From: Patescibacteria group bacterium
GTDB lineage: Bacteria > Patescibacteriota > Minisyncoccia > UBA6257 > 2-01-FULL-56-20
Length of the DNA stretch: 64,000 nucleotides
Reading direction: 5' to 3'
Assembly (NCBI GenBank): GCA_018971305.1
Contig: JAGXBC010000001.1
Coordinates: forward strand, 173,956 to 237,955
Numbering within the stretch: position 1 is the stretch's first letter; every line of letters starts with the position of its first letter. Below the pieces are notes generated by a model. That model did no database searches. It worked only from the letters and a program-made list of their open reading frames with translations, and was not told where the DNA came from. A program made the position numbers and the translations under genes. Positions 29,550 to 35,774 of this stretch are shown here, piece by piece.

Positions 29550-32500
29550 ATCTTCCTTACAGCCAACCAGGAATCCGCGCCGTTAACCTTCGTTTCCGCC
29601 TCCGCTTCAAATTTTTCCGATTTTTTATATTCTATCGCTTCGGCTCCGACCTCAACTTTCAAAACTTTTTCGTACTTGTAGATTGCGAGACGCACTTCCG
29701 CCGGCAACTGGGCCATCAATATCATTTTATCCTTCGGCTTAAGCCCGGATTTTTGCCGCAGCTCCTGAACGGCCCTTATTATCTCCCGCAATATACCCTC
29801 TTCGCGCAGTTCCGGCGTGACAACGGTATCCAGTTCAATTTCTTCCTTAAATCTGGCACTGAAAACAACTTTCTTAATATTCACCTCTTCTGCTAAAATA
29901 CCAAGCAATTCTTTGGGAATCTTCAGCTTTCCGGTTTTAACCCTGAGTTCACCGAGAGGCTGACGGACTTTTATTCCCGCCTCCGCCCGCTTGGCCAATC
30001 CCAAACTAGCCAAACGCCTCACTTCGGCCATTCCTTCCAGTAATTTAGAATTTTGAGTTTTTAATTTTGGTTTTGTCTCCGGCCAATCTTCCAAATGAAC
30101 TGATTCCTGCGTTCCGTTAAGTTCTCCGTAAAGTAATTCCGAAAAGAATGGTGCGAAGGGAGCTGTTAGTTTCGCCGTTTCACGCAGAACCAAGCCGAGT
30201 GTGGCGCAAGCCGAATCAAAATCCTTGGCGCTCTCCGGTTTTTGCAAGCGCCGGCGCGAACGGCGGATATACCAGCGCGACAGATCGTCAACCAACTTCT
30301 CTATAACAAGCGCGGCTTCTCTTATTTCGTATTTATCCAGGTGCTTTGTGGTATCGGCAACAGTTTCTCCGAGCCGAGACAGAATCCATTTGTCCAGAAC
30401 ATTGGTCGAGGATGGAATTTTATCTCCCGAACTTTTCTCGCTCGCATATGTTTTATAAAATACCAAACTGTTCCAAAGAAGCATGTGCATCCTGCGGTAT
30501 GTTTTCGAAATCTCGTTCTCGTCAAAATTTTTTGTCTCGCCCGGAGGATTCACGGTATAGAAATACCAGCGGACGGCATCAACTCCGTATTTATTGATAA
30601 CCTCCCAGGGGTCAACTATATTCCCTTTGGACTTGGACATTTTCTGCCCGTGCTTATCGTTTATCAGCCCCAAAGAAACAACGTTCTTATATGGCGCCGG
30701 GTATCCCAAAGATGTAGCAACTGCAAGCAGGGTGTAAAACCATCCTCGCGTCTGATCCATTGCCTCCGAAATATAATCTGCCGGATAAGCGCGGCTTTTG
30801 TCTATAGCATCCTCATTCTCAAAAGGATAATGCTGCTGAGCGAAAGGCATTGAGCCGGAATCAAACCAGACGTCAGCTACTTCTTTGACCCGTCCTGTTC
30901 TCGCGCCGCATTGCGGGCAGGCAATATGGATACCATCGGCATATGGCTTGTGCAGGTCTATAACTCCAGTACCATCACGGGGCACTATCTTTAGAGTTAA
31001 CTCTCTTGTTTCAGCTACGCCGATAAAATCCTGGCCACGGCTTATTTTTTCCCGTATAGCGCGTTTTTCATCCCATGCTTCCGCCGCGTGCGTAAGCATC
31101 CAGATCGGATACTCATGGCTCACGAGCAGGATATTCTTGCCGCGGTATTTTTTTTCCAATTCCTGCAAAATTTCCCAAACCCGACTGCGCAAATCGCGCA
31201 GGGACTCGCCTCCTTCCGGCTTGCCCTCAAACTTTGATTCGTATGTGGGAAAAAGCTTATGGTAGCGGCTATCACGGCCCCCCTGAAGCATTGAACCCAA
31301 ATCTACCTCGCGCAGACGTTTGTCGAAAACTACTTTTTTGACGCCCAATGCCTCCGCCGCAATCTCGGCTGTTTCTTTTGTCCGGATTATGTCCGAAGAA
31401 ACGATGACGTCTATTTTTTTTCTGCTGCTTTTTAGTTTCTGCAAAAAATTTTTCGCCGACTTTTCCGCGAGCGAGCGGCCGATAACGGTCAAAGTGTTGT
31501 CTTTAGACCAACCGGAATCAATAAAGTGTTCGGCGTTGCTTTTCGCCTCTCCGTGCCGCATAACCCAATAATTATTCCTGGAACCTCCGGCAAGCTTACT
31601 GAGCTCGTCAATGCCTCCCGCCACTTCGCAGTGATTGCATTTTTTGCATTCCCAGATCGGTAACGGCGTTCCCCAGAACCGTTCACGGGAAAAATTCCAA
31701 TCTTTAACCTCACGCAGCCATTCGCCGAAACGCCCCTGTTTTACGTATTCCGGCGTCCAATTGATTTTATTGTTATTGGCTATAAGCTGCTTCCTTAAAC
31801 CGCTCATGGCTACGAACCAGGAATTTCTTGCGTAATATAGAATTGGCGTGCCGCACCGCCAGCAGTAGGGATAATCATGCTTGTAGGGAAGAACTTTCAG
31901 GAGCGAACCGCGCTGTTTTAAATGTTCAACGATGCCAGCCTCGGTTTCCTTGGACTTCGCGAACAGGCCGGAGAAACCAGAAACGTCCTTAGTGAACTTC
32001 CCAACTTCATCAACCGTGTGATACCTCGGTAAGCCGACTTTAAGTCCCAGCTGATAGTCATCTTCGCCGTACATAACCGCAGTGTGGACTACCCCGGTTC
32101 CCTCTGTCGTATTAACAAAATCGGCGTCGTAAACCTTGTACGAACTTGGCGAACGCAATGCCGGAATTTCAAAAAGCGGCTCGTAGCTCAGGCCGATAAG
32201 TTCGTTCCCCTCAAAAATCTCCCTCAGGTCGGGGGCGGAACCAAAAATAGCGGGATTATTCTTAACGGCTTCCTCAGCTACAATCCAACGCTCTATTTTC
32301 CCGTCAATCATCTTCTTCAGTACGGCGTATTTGATGTTTTTACCAACGGCCAAAGCCACATTTCCTGGGAGCGTCCACGGCGTAGTCGTCCAGGATAAAA
32401 CATACGTATCATCTCCCGCCGAGAAATATCCGCCGATTTTCTGCCCCCTCTTCAATTTGAATTTTATATAAACGGAGTCATCAGTAGTTTCTTTGTAACC

Positions 32501-33076
32501 CAAAGCAAGCTCGTGCGAAGAAAGCGACGTGCCGCAGCGCACGCACCAGGGAACTACCTTATGTCCCTTATAAAGAAGTTTTTTTGTCCAAAAGCGCTTT
32601 ATTATCCACCAAAGAGTTTCTATGTAGGAGCTTTCGTAAGTTATGTAAGGGTCTTTCAGGTCCAGCCAAAAGCCCATCCGTTTTGTGAGGCGCTCCCATT
32701 CGTCTTTGTATTCCCAGACGGACTCGCGGCATTTTTTATTGAAGGCCTCAACGCCGTAGTTTTCAATGTCCTTTTTCGTTTTCAGGCCCAATTGTTTTTC
32801 CACCCCTATCTCCACGGGCAATCCGTGCGTGTCCCAGCCGCCTTTTCTCGGAACCAAATAGCCCCGCATCGCCTTGTAGCGTGGGATTATGTCTTTGAAG
32901 GCACGAGCCAGAATATGGTGCACGCCCGGCCTGCCGTTAGCAGTTGGCGGACCCTCGTAAAATATGAACTTTTTAGCGCCTTTCCGCTTAGCGAGAGTTT
33001 TTGCAAAAATGTCGCTTTCGTTCCAAAATTTCAAAACTTTTTCCTCCTCCTTGGGAAGATTGAATTCTTCGGGCAT
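29546..33076 (-). CDS. ileS: isoleucyl-tRNA synthetase with an inserted histidine-phosphatase (PGAM-like) domain
   Basis: HIGH motif PPTANGRPGVHHILARAF. CP1 editing domain. KMSKS (HGQKMSKSKGNIVDP). The anticodon-binding C-terminus is intact. Between the zinc-knuckle Cys pairs WECKKCNHC (aa about 476-483) and IACPQCGARTGR (aa about 719-728) lies a 230-aa insert instead of the usual 30-40 aa. Confidence 0.95.
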   Translation of the reverse strand: MPEEFNLPKEEEKVLKFWNESDIFAKTLAKRKGAKKFIFYEGPPTANGRPGVHHILARAFKDIIPRYKAMRGYLVPRKGGWDTHGLPVEIGVEKQLGLKTKKDIENYGVEAFNKKCRESVWEYKDEWERLTKRMGFWLDLKDPYITYESSYIETLWWIIKRFWTKKLLYKGHKVVPWCVRCGTSLSSHELALGYKETTDDSVYIKFKLKRGQKIGGYFSAGDDTYVLSWTTTPWTLPGNVALAVGKNIKYAVLKKMIDGKIERWIVAEEAVKNNPAIFGSAPDLREIFEGNELIGLSYEPLFEIPALRSPSSYKVYDADFVNTTEGTGVVHTAVMYGEDDYQLGLKVGLPRYHTVDEVGKFTKDVSGFSGLFAKSKETEAGIVEHLKQRGSLLKVLPYKHDYPYCWRCGTPILYYARNSWFVAMSGLRKQLIANNNKINWTPEYVKQGRFGEWLREVKDWNFSRERFWGTPLPIWECKKCNHCEVAGGIDELSKLAGGSRNNYWVMRHGEAKSNAEHFIDSGWSKDNTLTVIGRSLAEKSAKNFLQKLKSSRKKIDVIVSSDIIRTKETAEIAAEALGVKKVVFDKRLREVDLGSMLQGGRDSRYHKLFPTYESKFEGKPEGGESLRDLRSRVWEILQELEKKYRGKNILLVSHEYPIWMLTHAAEAWDEKRAIREKISRGQDFIGVAETRELTLKIVPRDGTGVIDLHKPYADGIHIACPQCGARTGRVKEVADVWFDSGSMPFAQQHYPFENEDAIDKSRAYPADYISEAMDQTRGWFYTLLAVATSLGYPAPYKNVVSLGLINDKHGQKMSKSKGNIVDPWEVINKYGVDAVRWYFYTVNPPGETKNFDENEISKTYRRMHMLLWNSLVFYKTYASEKSSGDKIPSSTNVLDKWILSRLGETVADTTKHLDKYEIREAALVIEKLVDDLSRWYIRRSRRRLQKPESAKDFDSACATLGLVLRETAKLTAPFAPFFSELLYGELNGTQESVHLEDWPETKPKLKTQNSKLLEGMAEVRRLASLGLAKRAEAGIKVRQPLGELRVKTGKLKIPKELLGILAEEVNIKKVVFSARFKEEIELDTVVTPELREEGILREIIRAVQELRQKSGLKPKDKMILMAQLPAEVRLAIYKYEKVLKVEVGAEAIEYKKSEKFEAEAETKVNGADSWLAVRKI

Positions 33077-33103
33077 AGATTAAAAATATCACGTTATTCG
33101 TAT

Positions 33104-34072
33104 CTATTCAAAAAATCTGCTGCGTATTTTATGGGTATTGCCATGGCTCAAAAGTCCAAGATAAGCGTTAATCGTCGCTGGCGCTGGGTTGGCTATTACC
33201 ATCTTTAACATTCTTCTTCTCGTCGTTGTCCGAAAAACACGGTGATCAGGAAAATTTATCCACCCCAAAAAATCAACTCCGGACGCAATGGTATTTATGA
33301 AAATTTTATTTGGATGAAGCGTAAGTCGCAATTTATTTTCCAAAAATTCTTTTATTTTTGGAACTAGAGATTCCAGCAATCCGCGGTTCTCCGAGAAAAT
33401 AACGAAGTCGTCCGCATAACGTATATAGTGCCTTGTTTTCAGTTTGTGCTTCACAAACTGGTCAAACTCGTTCATATAAACATTTACAAAGAGTTGTGAA
33501 GTGAGGTTGCCGAGCGGTAAACCTTGTCCAGGCGCGCTTGATGAAAAACTCTCGATAACTCTTTCCAGGAGCCGCAGCGTATCAGCGTCTGGGATATATG
33601 AACGTAGAATATCAAGGAGGACGGCGTGGTCGATGTTGGCAAAAAACTTTTGAATGTCACACCTGAGAACCCAGGAGGTACGCGTATTGTTCTTACTAAT
33701 AATGCGGGCGAACGCGCGAAAACGATTCATTGCGGCATGCGTTCCTTTTCCGACTCGGCATGAGAACGAATCAGCTATGAAAGTTTTATCGAAGAACGGA
33801 TAGAGCACCCGGTAGATGGCGTGATGGAGTAAGCGGTCGCGGACGGTTGCCTTGTGGATATTCCGCGGTTTCGGGTCGCAGATGTTGAATGCTTGATACC
33901 CACCGTGTCGGTACGCACCGTTCAAAATATCCGCGCGAAGTGATAGAATGTTATCCATAAGGCGCGATTGGAACTCCTGCACATCACGTTTCCCGCTCTT
34001 GCCGCGCAAAAATTCCCTCCAGGCCTCAAGCAGGTTTTCCACGCTTATGATTTCCTCAAATTTATGAACCAT
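33104..34072 (-). CDS. diversity-generating retroelement reverse transcriptase
   Basis: The start is Met of MVHKFEEIISVENLLEAWREFLRGKSGKRDVQEF (domain 0). RT motifs ...IHKATVRDRLLHHAIY..., GLPLGNLTSQLFVNVYMNEFD (DGR-type motif 4) and IRYADDFVIFSE (YADD). No maturase/X domain. About 322 aa. Confidence 0.85.
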   Translation of the reverse strand: MVHKFEEIISVENLLEAWREFLRGKSGKRDVQEFQSRLMDNILSLRADILNGAYRHGGYQAFNICDPKPRNIHKATVRDRLLHHAIYRVLYPFFDKTFIADSFSCRVGKGTHAAMNRFRAFARIISKNNTRTSWVLRCDIQKFFANIDHAVLLDILRSYIPDADTLRLLERVIESFSSSAPGQGLPLGNLTSQLFVNVYMNEFDQFVKHKLKTRHYIRYADDFVIFSENRGLLESLVPKIKEFLENKLRLTLHPNKIFINTIASGVDFLGWINFPDHRVFRTTTRRRMLKMVIANPAPATINAYLGLLSHGNTHKIRSRFFE

Positions 34073-34105
34073 CTTAATTTTCACAATAAAAATTTTCAAG
34101 TAACT

Positions 34106-34116
34106 CCCCCCCCCCC
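34106..34116. repeat. C11/G11 homopolymer tract between the divergent RT and Avd-like genes
   Basis: 11 consecutive C on the plus strand. It sits 30 nt after the RT start codon (on the opposite strand) and just after the in-frame stop (TAA 34101) that precedes the Avd-like frame. Confidence 0.9.
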
Positions 34117-34121
34117 GACAC

Positions 34122-34460
34122 ATCACGCTTCCTATCATCCAACACCTGGTAGCGGCGTACAAAACCTGGCATGAATTTCTGCCGCATGTACCCAAGGATG
34201 CGAGATACTCGTTAGGAACTAAGGTCGACGCTTCGTTTATAGAAACGATTGAAGCGGTATTCACCGCAAGCTATCTCAGTAGAGAGAGTAAACTTCCTTA
34301 TCTCGAAAAAGCTGCCGCGAAACTGGACATGGTTAAATTCTTTCTCCAGATAATCTGGGAAGTCAAGGCGCTCGACAATAAAAAATATATTACACTCTCG
34401 GAAAAGCTGGATGAAATAGGCAGAATGCTCGGCGGATGGCTTAGGAAAATGTCTACTTAA
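34122..34460 (+). CDS. Avd-like four-helix-bundle accessory protein of the DGR (no canonical start codon in frame)
   Basis: The plus-frame translation is ITLPIIQHLVAAYKTWHEFLPHVPKDARYSLGTKVDASFIETIEAVFTAS...KLDMVKFFLQIIWEVKALDNKKYITLSEKLDEIGRMLGGWLRKMST*. It follows the Avd/TIGR02436 pattern (VW.K...L...IY..T..FPK.E.Y.L.SQ.RRAA.S...NIAEG; E..F..IA.GS..E...QL..A; EI.KML..LI..L). The first in-frame codon after stop 34101 is CTC. ATC at 34122 or ATG at 34064 (+1 frame, across the C11 tract) are the only start candidates. Confidence 0.6.
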   Translation: MTLPIIQHLVAAYKTWHEFLPHVPKDARYSLGTKVDASFIETIEAVFTASYLSRESKLPYLEKAAAKLDMVKFFLQIIWEVKALDNKKYITLSEKLDEIGRMLGGWLRKMST

Positions 34461-34497
34461 ACCATTCCGCCGGACATCGCCCGTTGTTTTCATTTGC

Positions 34498-34624
34498 TGC
34501 CAATTACTCGCGACGCGACCGTTGCGATTGAAGTCGTTGTCAAGCCAGTTCCAGTTCAGGTACCAGCGCTCGCCGTTCTGATTGAGGTAGGGAACGTTCC
34601 GGTTGCCGTTCGCGTTCAGCACGA
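34498..34624 (-). repeat. DGR template repeat (TR)
   Basis: 127-nt repeat matching 34958-35084 (offset 460). On the minus strand it reads ...VLNANGNRNVPYLNQNGERWYLNWNWLDNDFNRNGRVASN with 8 AAC codons. Confidence 0.85.
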
Positions 34625-34886
34625 ATGTGCGCAAGGCCGTCCGGGCCACCATCCTTCGAGTCACAAACAAAAACCATACTCTCGGGATTGTATCGTATTC
34701 GGAATTTTGAATTCCTTAGCCTCGCACACCAAGTAGCAACAATTATGAAGCGATTAACGAATGCACGCTAGGAGAAAACCCGTCCTCCCCCATTCCGGCA
34801 GACGCCATCGCGGAATTCGATGCGCACAACCTTAGCCGTGCGCATAATATCTACTATCCATAAGGATTATATCAAAAAAATTTAAT

Positions 34887-34908
34887 GGGCCCTAACGAAT
34901 TAGGGCCC
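34887..34908 (-). other. GC-rich hairpin with UUCG loop downstream of VR (DGR-associated hairpin / target-gene terminator)
   Basis: Minus strand GGGCCCTAA-TTCG-TTAGGGCCC, a perfect 9-bp stem, 52 nt after the target stop. It is followed by ATTAAATTTTTTTGATATAATCC. Confidence 0.7.
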
Positions 34909-34959
34909 AAGGGTTGAGGGTTCAAGCGACACAAAGGATCTGAGTCACAAGAACCAATG

Positions 34960-35580
34960 CTACTTGCTCGCGACGCGACCGTTGCGATTGAAGCCGCAGT
35001 CAAGCCAGCTCCGGCCCAGGTACCAGCGCTCGCCGTTCCGACTGAGGTAGGGAACGTTCCGGTAGCCGTTCGCGTACAGCACGACCAAACCCGGAAAATC
35101 GATGTAAACTTTTCCGAGAAGGGACATGAATACGGGGAATTCATCCTGGTGCTCAACAAGCCAAACGGCCTGCTGGTAACCCAGGACAAGATTCCGGCGG
35201 GACACGAGCCTGCGCTCGTATTCGCTGCCAACGATAGACTTCTCGTCAGAACGCAACAATGTGCCAAGACGGAGAATAACTTCATCGGTTGGCGAAGAGT
35301 CGGACTCGATTTTTTCGATCTGAGAGAACGCCCTGCGGAGTTCCTCGAGTGTCGGCTGCTTCAGGGCTGGAATCCGAACGGCGACATCTTCCATCGTCTT
35401 CCAGAATTCCAACATCTTGATCTCGGCGTTGCCGAGATAGATGTCACGGACGCCTGAAAGGTTGGTGCCGGTTGAAAGCCATTTTACAAAATCGGGCGTG
35501 CAACCATTCCGCTCAAGCGCATGATCGAATTCTGCGGCTTGGCGAGCAAACATGACGGGTTGAGACTTGTCATTAGGCAT
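34960..35580 (-). CDS. DGR target protein with C-terminal variable region (VR 34963-35084), probable minimal C-type-lectin/FGE-like fold
   Basis: 206 aa. The C-terminus VLYANGYRNVPYLSRNGERWYLGRSWLDCGFNRNGRVASK aligns to the TR. The residues that differ from the TR are mostly where the TR has AAC (Asn) codons. AAGGAGG RBS 7 nt upstream of ATG 35580. No signal peptide. Confidence 0.8.
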   Translation of the reverse strand: MPNDKSQPVMFARQAAEFDHALERNGCTPDFVKWLSTGTNLSGVRDIYLGNAEIKMLEFWKTMEDVAVRIPALKQPTLEELRRAFSQIEKIESDSSPTDEVILRLGTLLRSDEKSIVGSEYERRLVSRRNLVLGYQQAVWLVEHQDEFPVFMSLLGKVYIDFPGLVVLYANGYRNVPYLSRNGERWYLGRSWLDCGFNRNGRVASK

Positions 35581-35600
35581 GACATGTCCTCCTTTTCTAT

Positions 35601-35725
35601 GCGACGTGTTCCAGATTAGGAACGTGTCGCGATGCCACTGGCTCCCCCGATCAAACTGGGTTTTGCCATAGCAGAAAACTATCCGATTGCCTAGAGCTTA
35701 TCGAAAGGCTTTCTGCTATGGCAAA
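35601..35725 (-). promoter_or_regulatory. structured 5' leader of the DGR target gene
   Basis: A 16-bp perfect inverted repeat TTTGCCATAGCAGAAA (35662-35677) / TTTCTGCTATGGCAAA (35710-35725) has a 32-nt spacer. A 10/12 inverted repeat GCGACGTGTTCC..GGAACGTGTCGC (35601-35630) abuts the RBS. An extended -10 TGTATAAT lies on the minus strand near 35755-35762. Confidence 0.4.
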
Positions 35726-35774
35726 TGTAAATAAATCAGGTTTTCAAAGTACGCTACAATTATACACCATATTA

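Larger units (their letters stand above)
33104..35725 (-). mobile_element. diversity-generating retroelement cassette: target(VR)-hairpin-TR-(Avd-like, opposite strand)-RT
   Basis: See the component features. The VR/TR mismatch pattern is adenine-specific. Confidence 0.85.

Noticed and set aside
30242-30853. 203-aa plus-strand ORF and several other ORFs inside ileS
   Set aside because: Antisense to a highly conserved, intact aaRS coding region. No independent signals.
31489-31713. Possible intein in the IleRS insert
   Set aside because: There are no splice-junction Cys/Ser-...-HN motifs or homing-endonuclease blocks. The insert has a complete histidine-phosphatase motif set instead.
34073-34264. 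N-terminal 64-aa extension of the RT ORF as listed (start at 34264)
   Set aside because: This stretch is antisense to the Avd-like gene and translates through the poly-G tract (CRGGGSY). DGR RT domain 0 begins at MVHKFEEIISVENLL (34072).
34212-34670. 152-aa minus-strand ORF spanning the TR
   Set aside because: The open frame is a by-product of the TR being an in-frame copy of the VR. The remainder is antisense to the Avd-like gene and is low-complexity.
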